A stretch of 64,000 nucleotides of DNA from Deferrisomatales bacterium (lineage in GTDB: Bacteria > Desulfobacterota > Deferrisomatia > Deferrisomatales > JACRMM01): NCBI GenBank assembly GCA_033551855.1, contig JAWSUI010000011.1, positions 1 to 64,000 on the forward strand, in the 5' to 3' direction. The stretch's first letter is position 1; every line of letters begins with the position of its first letter. The notes below the pieces were generated by a model that was not told the origin of the DNA, ran no database searches, and saw nothing but the letters and a program-made list of their open reading frames with translations. This document shows positions 17,861-28,040 of the stretch, piece by piece. Made by a program: the position numbers and the translations under genes.

Positions 17861-18712
17861 TCAACCGGAGGAAAGCGTGCCGCGGTAGTACAGGAGATCC
17901 CTCTGGTAGGGGTAGAGAAGCTGCTCCAGGTCCTCGCGCTCGGACGGCGGGAGGGGGGTGAAGGCCTCCGCGGCCCGGGCGTTCTCCTCCAGCTGAAGGG
18001 GGTCGTCACAGCCCACGCTCGCTAGGGTGACCCCGGCGGTGGCGAGGGCGTAGCGGAGGAAGGGCCCGGGGCCCGGGTAGCCCGGGACCCGGGTCGTCAA
18101 GCCCCGGCACAGGGTCTTCATGGCGATGACCCCGAGGTTCTTCCCCCGGGCCGCGGGAAGGACGGTCTCGGCGAAGGGGCCGGCTTCGGCCTCGGCCGGG
18201 TTGACGGGCAGGAGCACGCAGTCGAAGTCGAAGAGGTCGAGGGCGTCCCGGAGGACCTCGGGGTTCTCGTGCCCCGAGACCCCGACGAAGCGGACCTCCC
18301 CCGCACCCCGGGCCTTTGCGAAGGTCTGCAGCGCCCCTCCGGGACCCGCGAGGAGGTCGAGGTCCTTCCGCGTGCGCACGTCGTGCACGAACCAAAGGTC
18401 GATCCAGTCAGTCCGCAGCAGCGCGAGGCTCTCGTCCAGGTGCGCCCGGGCGCCCCGTGCGCTCCGATGGTGGGACTTGGTGGCGAGGAAGACCCGGTCT
18501 CGGTCCCTCCCGAGGGCCCGGCCCAGGTACTCCTCGCTCCCCGCGTAGGCCCGGGCCGACTCGAAATAGGTCACGCCCAGGTCGAGGGCTCGGCGGATGA
18601 GCTCCGTTGCCTCCCGGTCCCTGCCGTAGGTCCGGAGCACCCCCTCGCCCCCCAGCCCCAGGATGGAGACCTCGGCACCGGTCTTGCCGAGGGTTCTCGT
18701 GGGTAGTGCCAT
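17861..18712 (-). CDS. Aldo/keto reductase
   Basis: RTLGKTGAEVSILGLGG, YFESARAYAGSE, FLATK, SLALLRTDWIDL and VGVSGH. Confidence 0.9.
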   Translation of the reverse strand: MALPTRTLGKTGAEVSILGLGGEGVLRTYGRDREATELIRRALDLGVTYFESARAYAGSEEYLGRALGRDRDRVFLATKSHHRSARGARAHLDESLALLRTDWIDLWFVHDVRTRKDLDLLAGPGGALQTFAKARGAGEVRFVGVSGHENPEVLRDALDLFDFDCVLLPVNPAEAEAGPFAETVLPAARGKNLGVIAMKTLCRGLTTRVPGYPGPGPFLRYALATAGVTLASVGCDDPLQLEENARAAEAFTPLPPSEREDLEQLLYPYQRDLLYYRGTLSSG

Positions 18713-18872
18713 GGCATCTCCTCCCGTGGGGAGACAAGGTAGCGCGCCGAGGGAAAAGGGCAATGGGCGCGCGAAGCACGCGCCCGGGGTCGCGGGACCT
18801 CGTGAAGGCGCTCCGCTGCGGAGCCCCCACGGCGGTGATGCGCGGCGGTGTGCCGGCCGGCGGGTCGAGACC

Positions 18873-19994
18873 CTACGGCCGCGCGATCACGAAAAGCGTC
18901 ACCTCCGGGGGGGCGAGCACCCGCATGGGCGGGCCCCAGGTGCCGGTGCCGCGGCTCACATACAGGTGTGCCCCGTTTGACAGCGGGTACAGCCCCGCGA
19001 AGTACGGGTAGGCCTTCCGGACGAAGAAGTGGAAGGGGAAGATCTGACCCCGGTGGGTGTGGCCGGAGAGCTGGAGGTCGAAGAGCCCGGTGGCGGTCTC
19101 CGAGACCCAGGGCCGGTGCTTGAGCAGGACGGTGAAGAGTGTGCCCGTGTCGGCCGGGCCCAGCACCGCGGCGTCGTCCGGGGTGCGGCTCCCGGCGGGG
19201 TCATCGACCCCGGCGACGACGAGGGTGTCCGCCACGGTCACCGCCTCGTTCCGCAGGACGGTGAAGCCGCTCCGGACGAGGAAGTCCAGGCCCTGTTCGA
19301 GCCCGGCGTAGTATTCGTGGTTTCCGGTGACGGCGAACTTCCCGAGCGGGAGGTCCAGGCGCTGCCACAGGGCGGTCAGCGCCTCCAGGTGGTCCATCTG
19401 GGCATCGACGATGTCCCCGCTGGCCACCAGCAGGTCGGGTTCGAGCTCCCGGACCGCGGAGATGACCGGTGCCAGGGCCTCGTCCCTGTGGACGAGCCCC
19501 AGGTGCAGGTCCGACACCTGTGCGATGCGCAGTTCGTCGATGCCCGGGGGCAGTTTCTCGGTCGTGAGTCGCACGGTCTCGACCCGCAGGTTCGCGGCCT
19601 CGAAGAACCCGTAGATCCCCACCGCCGAGGTGACCAGGAGGCACGCCGCCGCACTTGTCGCGGTGCGCAGCGTGAGGCCCGACAGGGCCGGCAGCGCCCT
19701 GCCGAGTGCGAGGGCCAGGAGGTCCAGGGCCTGCAGGATCGCGAAAAGACAAAACGCCAGGAAGAGGAGGCCCATCCAGCCGTACCCGATCCACGCCACG
19801 GCCCGGGCGGTCTGCTCGTGGCCGGCACCGTCCAGCAGGCGGACCAGGATCGGGGACACCACCATGGCCGCCATCCACAGGCCCGCCAGCGCCGGCAGGA
19901 AGGGGTGGCCCGTCAGGAGCGGATAGACGCCGCGCAGCACGACGGCGTGCATGGCGCTGTAGACGATCAGGAAGCTGAGCACGAACCAAGCCAT
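18873..19994 (-). CDS. Membrane-anchored metallophosphoesterase (YkuE/YaeI-like)
   Basis: N-terminal hydrophobic helices, then SDLH, GDIVD, GNHE, LKHRP, SGHTHRGQ and SRGTGTWGPPMR. Confidence 0.92.
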   Translation of the reverse strand: MAWFVLSFLIVYSAMHAVVLRGVYPLLTGHPFLPALAGLWMAAMVVSPILVRLLDGAGHEQTARAVAWIGYGWMGLLFLAFCLFAILQALDLLALALGRALPALSGLTLRTATSAAACLLVTSAVGIYGFFEAANLRVETVRLTTEKLPPGIDELRIAQVSDLHLGLVHRDEALAPVISAVRELEPDLLVASGDIVDAQMDHLEALTALWQRLDLPLGKFAVTGNHEYYAGLEQGLDFLVRSGFTVLRNEAVTVADTLVVAGVDDPAGSRTPDDAAVLGPADTGTLFTVLLKHRPWVSETATGLFDLQLSGHTHRGQIFPFHFFVRKAYPYFAGLYPLSNGAHLYVSRGTGTWGPPMRVLAPPEVTLFVIARP

Positions 19995-20185
19995 GTCGCA
20001 TCTCCTCGCCCAGGGGCCCCGCGCGGGGCCCAGGCGAACGTTCGGCCGTGGGGATCGAGAGCAAATCAGCTTACCCGATTCCTTCCCGGGGGGTGAAGCC
20101 GGCACTGGCCGATCGGGTCCGGGGTGGATAGGTTTGAGGCGTACACGTCAACCCAAGAGGCAGGATGCGTCCGGGAGGGATTCCG

Positions 20186-21169
20186 ATGAGATACATATCC
20201 GTAGCCGTAGCGGCCGCGGTCGCCGGCCTTTCGTGGGCCGGGCAGCCGCAGCCCGTGGAGATCAACGAGTGGCCCGTACCCTGGGAGGCCACGCGACCGA
20301 GAGATCCCTACGTGGATGATGAGGGGAGAGTCTGGTTCGTGGGGCAGAGGGGCGACTATGTGGCGTACCTCCTCCCCGGCACCGGGGAGTTTCGGCGGTA
20401 TGCCCTCGAACCGGGGACGGGCCCCCACAACCTCCTCATCGACCGGGAAGGGACGGTGTGGTACGCGGGCAACCGGGCCGCCCACATCGGCCGACTCGAC
20501 CCGCGCAGCGGGGAGATCGTCAAGTACCCCATGCCCGACCCGGCCGCCCGCGACCCGCACACCCTGGCCTTCGACCCGGCAGGGGACATTTGGTTCACGG
20601 TCCAGGGCGGGAACTTCGTGGGCAGGCTCGCGCCGGGCAGCGGGAGCGTGCGGCTCGTGCAGGTCCCCACACCGGGAGCTCGCCCGTACGGCATCGTCGC
20701 GGACGGAGCGGGGCGCCCCTGGTTCGTCGCATTCGGGAGCCACAAGCTCGGCAGCGTGGACCCGGGAACGATGGCCCTGCGGGAGGTCCCGCTGCCCCGG
20801 GAGTCCGCACGGCCCCGGCGCCTCGACGTGACGGCCGATGGTGGGGTCTGGTACGTGGACTACGCCCAGGGGTTCCTGGGCCGTCTCGACCCCGCGAGCG
20901 GGGCGGTGCGGGAGTGGCGCGCCCCCGGGGGTGAGGGCTCGCGTCCCTACGCCATGGCGGCAGACGACCGGGGGCGGCTGTGGTTCGTGGAGACGGGGCT
21001 GCGCCCGAACCGCCTGGTAGGCTTCGACCCGGCGACGGAGGAGTTCTTCAGCCACACGGACATCCCCAGTGGAGCCGGTTCGGTGCGGCACATGTTCTTC
21101 CACGGGAAGACGCGGGAGCTCTGGTTCGGGACCGATGAGAACACGATCGGACGTGCTCGGCTGCCGTAG
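20186..21169 (+). CDS. Secreted Vgb (virginiamycin B lyase)-family beta-propeller protein
   Basis: Signal peptide, then repeated blades (PRDP..D..G.VWF, GPHNL, DPHTL, RPYGI, RPRRL, RPYAM). Confidence 0.85.
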   Translation: MRYISVAVAAAVAGLSWAGQPQPVEINEWPVPWEATRPRDPYVDDEGRVWFVGQRGDYVAYLLPGTGEFRRYALEPGTGPHNLLIDREGTVWYAGNRAAHIGRLDPRSGEIVKYPMPDPAARDPHTLAFDPAGDIWFTVQGGNFVGRLAPGSGSVRLVQVPTPGARPYGIVADGAGRPWFVAFGSHKLGSVDPGTMALREVPLPRESARPRRLDVTADGGVWYVDYAQGFLGRLDPASGAVREWRAPGGEGSRPYAMAADDRGRLWFVETGLRPNRLVGFDPATEEFFSHTDIPSGAGSVRHMFFHGKTRELWFGTDENTIGRARLP

Positions 21170-21182
21170 GGAGGAAAGGGGA

Positions 21183-21755
21183 GTGAGGCGGCTGGAGGCC
21201 GTCGGGGCCGTGGTCGCCTCCCTCTTGCTGTCGGGCGGGTTCGCCGCCGCGTACGTGGACGGTCCTCCGCCAGGATATTCGGGCGGCTTCGGGGAGCCGA
21301 CGTGCCACGTGTGCCACTTCGACCAGGTGCTCGACGATTCGGCGGGGCGCTTGGAGGTACAGGGCTTTCCGGAGGCCTTCGAGCCCGGGGCCCGCTACGA
21401 GGTGGGGGTCACCGTGGCCCGTCCGGGAACGGCGCGGGCCGGGTTCCAACTGACCGTGCGCTTCTCCGGGGGCACCCGTGCGGGGCAACAGGCCGGGCAC
21501 CTCTCCGGTGGGGAGGAGGGAGTAGGGGTGGTGGAGGACGCCTCCGGCGTGCAGTACGCACGGCAGGGGCGAGAGGGGAGCCCGGTGGCGGCGGACGGCA
21601 TCGCCCGGTGGATCGTGCGGTGGGAGGCCCCGGCGGAGGCCGAGGGGGAGGTCAGCCTGCACGTCGCGGCCAATGCGGCCAACGACGACGCCTCCGAGCT
21701 CGGCGACTTCGTGTACGTCGGGGAGTGGAGAAGCCGCAGCCGGGGTGCGCGGTGA
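21183..21755 (+). CDS. Secreted reeler-like (choice-of-anchor V type) domain protein with a CxxCH motif
   Basis: Signal peptide, GPPPGYSGGFGEPTCHVCH, PGARYEV, GFQLT, W.VRWEAP and AANAANDD.S..GD.VY. Confidence 0.7.
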   Translation: MRRLEAVGAVVASLLLSGGFAAAYVDGPPPGYSGGFGEPTCHVCHFDQVLDDSAGRLEVQGFPEAFEPGARYEVGVTVARPGTARAGFQLTVRFSGGTRAGQQAGHLSGGEEGVGVVEDASGVQYARQGREGSPVAADGIARWIVRWEAPAEAEGEVSLHVAANAANDDASELGDFVYVGEWRSRSRGAR

Positions 21756-21790
21756 CGCGGCGCAGCCTGGGGCGCGCCCCGGTCCCCGCC

Positions 21791-22375
21791 TCAGCGGACC
21801 CCCCGGAGGCCGCGCAGCCTGCCGGGGATGTCCCACTCCTTCATCAGGTCTGCGACCGGCGGGGGGACCAGGGGTTCCCACGGCTCGCCACGGATCATCC
21901 GCTCTCGTACCTGGCTCGCGCTGAGGCCCTTCTGCTCGGGGGAGACCTCCCAGAGTACGTGGGTCCGGAGCCCGAGGCCTTGGAAGAGGGACCGCTTCTG
22001 CCTGCCCCACGCGTCGTAGATGGTCAGGAAGAAGACCGCGTCCAGCGGCACGTAGTAGCGGTACAGCTCGGGGACGTCGATGGGCAGCGGGACCACGGCG
22101 AAGGCCGCGGTCGGTACGCCCGCGGCCTCCAAGGCCGCTCGCACCATGAGCTGGCGCTCGTAGTAAGTGAGGGGGTTGGCCTGCGGCGCCGTCCTGTGCG
22201 GGTCGGCTCCCCGGTCGCGGGAACGGGTGGGGTCGGGGTTGGTCACCCCGACGACCAGCTGGCGGCAGAGCGCCCGCCCCGCGAGGAGGTAGCGCAGGTG
22301 GTCGCGGTGCAGCACCTGGAAGCGGCCGTGGATCACCCCGACATCGTAGGGGGCATCGTCGCGTTGTGCGCCCAT
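21791..22375 (-). CDS. Nicotinamide/nicotinate-nucleotide adenylyltransferase-like (cytidylyltransferase superfamily)
   Basis: IHGRFQVLHRDH (HxGH-type motif variant), VVGVTNPD, ANPLTYYER, SASQVRERM and WEPLVP. Confidence 0.8.
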   Translation of the reverse strand: MGAQRDDAPYDVGVIHGRFQVLHRDHLRYLLAGRALCRQLVVGVTNPDPTRSRDRGADPHRTAPQANPLTYYERQLMVRAALEAAGVPTAAFAVVPLPIDVPELYRYYVPLDAVFFLTIYDAWGRQKRSLFQGLGLRTHVLWEVSPEQKGLSASQVRERMIRGEPWEPLVPPPVADLMKEWDIPGRLRGLRGVR

Positions 22376-22581
22376 CAGCAGCGTTCCTCGGGAGATCGGG
22401 CCGGGCCAAGCCGGTTTACGCAACGAGGGGACTCCCAGACACCGGGAACTTCCAGGACTGGGGAGACGTCCGGAGGAAACGTGCACGGGGGCCGTCTCGG
22501 CGACCCCTCCTCGCGACCAGAGGAGCACCTTGGTGCCCCGGTCTCCACGTGCCTTCGCCGAGGAGGTGTGAACCGACTCGG

Positions 22582-23892
22582 CTACTCCAGGCGAAAGGGC
22601 TGATAGTCCCCCGGCCAGTAGGGCTGGTCCCAGGGCGTGTCCCGGGTGCCCGCGAGCTTGGACAGACCCAGGTGGTTCAGGACGAGGTACATGAGCTCCT
22701 TGCCGCGGACACAGCCCAGCGCCCCCTGGGCCGCACTCACCTCGTCGTAACGGGTCACGGCGTCGCGCCGTACCCCAGGGCCGAACAACGCGAGGGGGAC
22801 GGCGTCGCCCGAGTGGACCAGGGGCCCGGAGCTCGGGGTGGAGTGGTCCGCGGTCACCGCCAGGAGGAGGTCGGGCTCCTCGGCCAGGGCCCCCAGGGCC
22901 TCACCGATGGCCCGGTCCAAGGACTCGATCACCGCCCGCTTCGCCAGAGGGTCCTTCCGGTGCGCCGCTTCATCCGGTGCCTTTGTGTGCACGTGGATGA
23001 AGTCGTAACGGGGGAGCGCCTCTCGGGCCAAGCGCAGCCGCTCCGCCAGGTCCCACCCGGGGTCCTCCGTGTCTGCCACCCTTCGGACATCGAGTCCCAG
23101 GTGGGCACAGAGGCCCCAGTAGACGGGGGCGGAGGCGAGGGACAGACCCCGCAGGCCGTTCTGCTGCCGGAAGGGGCGGATCGGCTTGAGGCGGCCGGCG
23201 CGCTGCGTGACCAGTCCCGTGAGAGGAGGAAGCCCGGCCTGGGCTCGTCGGGCATTCACGGGGTGGTCCTTCAGCCGGCCGTGGGCCCACACGAGGAACC
23301 GCTTGAGCGCCCGTGCCGCCCTGCGCGTTTCGGGATCCGCCGTATGGATGCCCCACGGCAGGACCTCCGGGATCGGGCACTCCGTCCGCATGGGGTTGGT
23401 GTCCGTCACGAAGGGGGAGACCCCGCCCCGCAGGATGAGGACGCCGTGAGTTCCCTGGGTGCGGGCGAAGCGGATCTCCACGCCTTCGGTCTCGAAGGCG
23501 CCCACCGCCGCGGCCAGCGCCCGGGCCTCGCCCTCGTCCGCTTCCGGAGCGTCCAGGTCCAGCCACAACTCTCCCCCCCGGTCCGAGAGGCACGCGAAGT
23601 GGGCCAGGACGGCCACGTCATCCGGGCCAACGTCCACGCCCGCTCCCAGGGCCTCCAGGGGGCCTCGTCCCGGAAAGTCCTCCGGGTCGTAGCCGAACAT
23701 CGCGAAGTGGGCGAGCTCGCTCGGCAGAGCCTGGCCGAGGGCCGCGGGGTGATACAGCCCGTTCGCTCCCAGGGTGGCCAAGCGGTCCAGGGCGGGCGTG
23801 TCGGCGGCCTGGAGCGGGGTCTTGTGCCCCAGGGACTCGTGGGCGTGATCCCCGACCCCGTCCAGCAGGATCAGCATGCATTTTCGCGGCAC
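22582..23892 (-). CDS. Cofactor-independent phosphoglycerate mutase (ApgM-type)/alkaline phosphatase superfamily protein
   Basis: ILLDGVGD, TPLQAADTPALD, PSELAH, YDPEDFPGRGPLEALG, HVHTKAPDEAAH, TADHSTP and HSGDAVP. Confidence 0.85.
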   Translation of the reverse strand: MPRKCMLILLDGVGDHAHESLGHKTPLQAADTPALDRLATLGANGLYHPAALGQALPSELAHFAMFGYDPEDFPGRGPLEALGAGVDVGPDDVAVLAHFACLSDRGGELWLDLDAPEADEGEARALAAAVGAFETEGVEIRFARTQGTHGVLILRGGVSPFVTDTNPMRTECPIPEVLPWGIHTADPETRRAARALKRFLVWAHGRLKDHPVNARRAQAGLPPLTGLVTQRAGRLKPIRPFRQQNGLRGLSLASAPVYWGLCAHLGLDVRRVADTEDPGWDLAERLRLAREALPRYDFIHVHTKAPDEAAHRKDPLAKRAVIESLDRAIGEALGALAEEPDLLLAVTADHSTPSSGPLVHSGDAVPLALFGPGVRRDAVTRYDEVSAAQGALGCVRGKELMYLVLNHLGLSKLAGTRDTPWDQPYWPGDYQPFRLE

Positions 23893-24154
23893 CGGCCACC
23901 TCCCTCGTCCACCGAAGATAACACGGGCGCCGCCGGGGGTACGATGTCGGTGTCCGGGGAGTCTCCCGGCGGCCTTGGGGGTACCGGCGCACCGGGCCGG
24001 AATGGCTCAGAGCCTGCGAGACCACCTGCTTCGCGACCGGATCGCTTCGCTGTGCACCTGCGCCCTCCTCGCCGATCGACCTGCCCTGTCTCGTCGTTCG
24101 CCCACGCGCACCCTGCACTAGCCGGTCTGCGCGCGACGATCCCTTCACAGGCTC

Positions 24155-24793
24155 TCAGGCCGCCGGCGCCAGGGGAACGGGAGCTCCGGTGCCGGGAGTG
24201 CCCCGCAGGGGGCGGCACAACCCGCCCGCCAAGGCCCGGACGAGGTCCGCTTGGGAACGGATCGGAACGTCGAAGCGGGTCACGACGCGGCCCAGTTCCT
24301 CCGCGCAGTGGGCGTCGCTTCCCCCGCACGTGACGAGGGGGTAGCGGTCCAGTAGACGCTGTACCTTTTGGAGCTCCTCGCGGGTGCTCCGGCCGTTGAT
24401 CGATTCCACGACGCGGCACAACCCCTCGCGGAACAGGTGCTCGCCAACGGGCCGTCCCAGCCGGCATGGGTGGGCGGCCACCGCGACGCCTCCCGCCTCC
24501 CCGACGCCGCGCAAGAGGTCCCGGGCCGGGAGGTCGGGCGGGAAGTTCGGGGAGGGATCGAAGACCAGGAAGTCGCCGTCGGGGGTGCTGTGCTCCACGC
24601 CGATCAGGACGCACAGGCCGTCCTCCTGAACGCCCTCGGCCACCTGGTGCCGGACGGCGGTGGTGCCGTGGTCCGTGATGCAGACCCCGTCGAGCCCCCG
24701 CCGTCGGGCGTGGCGCAGGAGGTCGTCTTCGGCGAGCGAGCTGCACGCCGAGTGGGCGGTGTGGACGTGGAGGTCGAAGAGCACCGGCGGCAT
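24155..24793 (-). CDS. PHP-domain metal-dependent phosphoesterase
   Basis: DLHVHT, GLDGVCITDH, GVE, AAHP, VESING and GGSDAH. Confidence 0.88.
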   Translation of the reverse strand: MPPVLFDLHVHTAHSACSSLAEDDLLRHARRRGLDGVCITDHGTTAVRHQVAEGVQEDGLCVLIGVEHSTPDGDFLVFDPSPNFPPDLPARDLLRGVGEAGGVAVAAHPCRLGRPVGEHLFREGLCRVVESINGRSTREELQKVQRLLDRYPLVTCGGSDAHCAEELGRVVTRFDVPIRSQADLVRALAGGLCRPLRGTPGTGAPVPLAPAA

Positions 24794-25082
24794 CCTGGCA
24801 AGAAGTTGGGGAGGCATCCGCACCGGACGGGTCGTTCCCCGGCTACGCCGAGGGTACACTCTCGCCCGCCGAGGGACAAATCGGAAGGCGCCAGGGTCTG
24901 AGGCACACGGTATCGCCCCTGCCGATGGAGGACCCCCCCTGGCGGCGTTCCTCTGCTGACGGGTTGCGCAGGGGTCGCGGGCCGACCCGGGCAATGGTAC
25001 CCTCTCGGGCACCGGGGGGAGCATCCCGGCTGTCCTTTGGACGGCGGCGCGTGTGCGCGGGATTCTCATGGGGAGGGTGGTC

Positions 25083-25976
25083 ATGCCGAGACGGCCCATC
25101 TACGTGGTCGATGCCTTCACGCAGGAGCCGCTCCGGGGCAACCCGGCAGGGGTGGTTCCCTTCGCCCGGGGCCTGGGCCCGGACCAGATGCTCGCCATCG
25201 CCCGAGAGGTTCACTCCTCCGAGACGGCCTTCGTGCTCCCGTCCCGCGAGGCCGACCTGGCTCTGCGCTACTTCACCCCGACCCAGGAGGTCCCGTTCTG
25301 CGGGCACGCCACGTTGGCCGCCATGGCCCTGCTGGCCGAGCTCGGGGAGGTGCCGGTGCCGCGAGACCTCGCCCGAGTGCGGGTGGAGACGGGGGTGGGG
25401 TCACTTTCCGTGGATCTCGTCCGCACCCCGGAGGGGCTTCGGGTGGACATGACCCAGGCGCCGCCGGCGTTTCGGCCGTGTGGGGAGCCGGCCGACGGCA
25501 TCCTTGGGGTGCTCGGGCTCAACCCGGAGGATCTGCGTTCCGACCTGCCGCTGGAACTCGCGTACACGGGCCTGTGGCACCTCTTGGTTCCCTTGGTGGG
25601 GGGCGAGGCCCTCGACGGCCTCATGCCCGACCTCCGGGCTCTGGCGGCCCTGAACCGGGAGCTCGGCGTGCTCACCACCCACCTCTTCGTGGAGGAGGGC
25701 GACACCCTCCACTGCCGCGACTTCGCGCCGGCCGCCGGGGTGGACGAGGACCCGGTCACGGGCTCCGCCTCCGGTGCCCTGGGCGCCTACCTGCTGCGGC
25801 ACCGGGTCGTGCGGCCCCGGGTTCCCCTTCGGCTCCTTCAAGGGGAGGCCTGCGATCGGCCGGGGGAGGTACGGGTGGTGGTGGACGGTGAGCCCGGTGA
25901 GCCTCGCTCGGCCGTGGTGGGCGGGCATGCCGTCGTGAGCCTGCGGGGAGAGATCAGGGTACCGGAGGCGTCGTGA
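25083..25976 (+). CDS. PhzF family isomerase/epimerase
   Basis: VDAFT..GNPAGV, SETAFV, RYFTPTQEVPFCGHATLA and EDPVTGSASG. Confidence 0.92.
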   Translation: MPRRPIYVVDAFTQEPLRGNPAGVVPFARGLGPDQMLAIAREVHSSETAFVLPSREADLALRYFTPTQEVPFCGHATLAAMALLAELGEVPVPRDLARVRVETGVGSLSVDLVRTPEGLRVDMTQAPPAFRPCGEPADGILGVLGLNPEDLRSDLPLELAYTGLWHLLVPLVGGEALDGLMPDLRALAALNRELGVLTTHLFVEEGDTLHCRDFAPAAGVDEDPVTGSASGALGAYLLRHRVVRPRVPLRLLQGEACDRPGEVRVVVDGEPGEPRSAVVGGHAVVSLRGEIRVPEAS

Positions 25977-26629
25977 GAGGCGAGCAGAGCATCCGGTTCT
26001 CTTGCGGCGGGCTCGTTCTGGAGGGTGCCCTGTGGCTTCCCGCCGAAGGGCCGGCCCCCGGCGTCGCTCTATGCCACCCCCATCCCCTCTACGGGGGATC
26101 CATGGACAACGCCGTGGTCCTGGGCCTGGCCCAAGCGCTCGTGGCCCGGGGAATCGCGACGCTCCGGTTCAACTTCCGAGGGACGGGGCGCAGCGAAGGC
26201 CGACACGGGGCCGGGGAGGCGGAGGTGGAGGACGTGGGGGCCGCGCTGGATGTCCTGTCCTTCCGCCCGGAGGTGGACCCGAGGCGCCTGGCGGTGGCAG
26301 GGTACTCCTTCGGGGGGGCGGTGGGGCTGCGTGCGGCCTGCGCGGACTCCCGTGTGCGGGCCTTGGTCCTCGTGGCACCCCCCCTGGCAGCCTTTCCCAT
26401 GGCCGAGGCCCCGAGGTGCCCGATACCCAAGCTGGTGGTCGCGGGAACCCGGGACGAGCACTGTCCTGTGCCCCTCCTGGAAGCCTGGTTCGCGGGCGCC
26501 GCCGAGCCCAAGCGCCGGGTCGCGGTCTCGGGTGCGGATCATTTCTTCTTTCGTCGGGAGGCCCAGGTCGGGGAGGCGGCCGGCACCTTTCTCGAGGAGC
26601 GCCTGGCCGCGCCGCAGGTTGTTCTCTGA
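25973..26629 (+). CDS. Alpha/beta hydrolase
   Basis: CHPHPLYGGSMDN, RFNFRGTG, GYSFG nucleophile motif, GTRD and GADHFF. Confidence 0.9.
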   Translation: MRGEQSIRFSCGGLVLEGALWLPAEGPAPGVALCHPHPLYGGSMDNAVVLGLAQALVARGIATLRFNFRGTGRSEGRHGAGEAEVEDVGAALDVLSFRPEVDPRRLAVAGYSFGGAVGLRAACADSRVRALVLVAPPLAAFPMAEAPRCPIPKLVVAGTRDEHCPVPLLEAWFAGAAEPKRRVAVSGADHFFFRREAQVGEAAGTFLEERLAAPQVVL

Positions 26630-26712
26630 GGGCCTTTTCTCGGCGTTGGACCCGGATAGGCTGGACGCGCGCCTGCCGCAGGGCGCGGGCCGAGGCTCTG
26701 AGACCGGAGGGC

Positions 26713-27048
26713 AGGGAGCTCGTGCCGGCCGCGCGGGTGCAGGGCGCCGGAGACCTGCGCATCCTGTTCCGGCACCCCCTGCCCGACGCCCCGGCCCCGG
26801 TGCGCGTCTGCGCCACGCTTGGGGTGGGAGGTGCGGTCCTGGTGGAGTCGAGCCTGTCGTTCCCCGGTCTCGGGGTCCTGCCTCCCCGACCCAGCTGGGG
26901 AAACCTGTCGGCCCAGGCAAGGGACAACCTCCGGGTGGGATGGCGGGTGGCCGTGTTCCCGAGGCCGGCGATCTTCGCCACGGTGCTGGGCTACAACCTG
27001 CGGGGCGAGCCCCTCCGGGAAGCCCTCGACCCGAAGCCGGACGCGTGA
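26713..27048 (+). pseudogene. Degenerate C-terminal fragment of an oligopeptide ABC permease (OppC/DppC)
   Basis: AARVQGAGDLRILFRHPLP (EAA loop), ESSLSFPGLGV.PP.PSWG and YNLRGEPLREALDP. The N-terminal two-thirds are absent, and Pro/Arg occur in normally hydrophobic positions. Confidence 0.8.
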
Positions 27049-28040
27049 TGGGCAACGACAGGCCGCTGCTGTGTGTGGAGGACCTTCGGGTGGCGTTCCC
27101 CGGAGCCGGGTCGGCCGGCGAGCTGGCCGCGGTGCGGGGGGTGAGCCTCTCCCTGAAGCGGGGAGAGACCCTGGCCCTGGTGGGGGAGTCGGGGTGTGGA
27201 AAGAGCGTGACCGCCCTGTCGGTGATCGGCCTCGTCCCGTCCCCCGGCCGAGTGACCGGCGGCCGGGTCCTCTTCGACGGCCGGGACCTCACGTCCCTGA
27301 GCAGCCGGGCGCTCCGAAGCGTTCGGGGGCGGGAGGTGGGGATGGTCTTCCAGGAGCCGATGACCAGCCTGAACCCGGTGTTCACGGTGGGGTATCAGCT
27401 GGCGGAAGCGCTCACCGCCCACCGAAAGCTCCCCCGAGCCGAGCTGCGAGGCCGGTGCCTGGAGCTCCTGCGGGAGGTGGGCATACCGGCCCCGGAGGAG
27501 CGCCTGGGGGCGTACCCCTCCCAGCTCTCCGGGGGGCTGCGGCAGCGGGTGATGATCGCGATCGCCGTGGCGTGCCGGCCGCGGCTCCTGATTGCCGATG
27601 AGCCCACCACCGCCTTGGACGTGACCATCCAGGCGCAGATCATGGCGCTCCTGGGACGGCTGCGCCGAGAGCTGGGCATGGCGTTGTTGCTGATCACCCA
27701 CGACCTGGGACTGGTGGCGCAAAACGTGGAACGGGTGGCGGTGATGTACGCGGGCCACGTGGTCGAGGAGTGCACGACGCGCCACCTCTTCGCCTCCCCC
27801 CTGCATCCCTACACCCGGGGCCTCCTGGGATCCGTGCCGGGGGCTTCCGGGGTCGGCCGGGGAGGCCGACTGCAGGCGATCTCGGGCAATGTTCCCCACC
27901 CCTCCCGGGTCCCCTCCGGGTGCCCCTTCCGGGACCGGTGTCCCCTGGCTGCCGACCCCTGCGCCGCGGCGCTGCCCGAACTCGCGGAGGTGCTTCCGGG
28001 CCGCCGCGTCCGCTGTATCCGGGTGGAACGCCGTGTTTGA
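27048..28040 (+). CDS. Oligopeptide/dipeptide ABC transporter ATP-binding protein (OppD/DppD-like)
   Basis: [43 protein letters not shown] and GCPFRDRC. Confidence 0.93.
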   Translation: MGNDRPLLCVEDLRVAFPGAGSAGELAAVRGVSLSLKRGETLALVGESGCGKSVTALSVIGLVPSPGRVTGGRVLFDGRDLTSLSSRALRSVRGREVGMVFQEPMTSLNPVFTVGYQLAEALTAHRKLPRAELRGRCLELLREVGIPAPEERLGAYPSQLSGGLRQRVMIAIAVACRPRLLIADEPTTALDVTIQAQIMALLGRLRRELGMALLLITHDLGLVAQNVERVAVMYAGHVVEECTTRHLFASPLHPYTRGLLGSVPGASGVGRGGRLQAISGNVPHPSRVPSGCPFRDRCPLAADPCAAALPELAEVLPGRRVRCIRVERRV

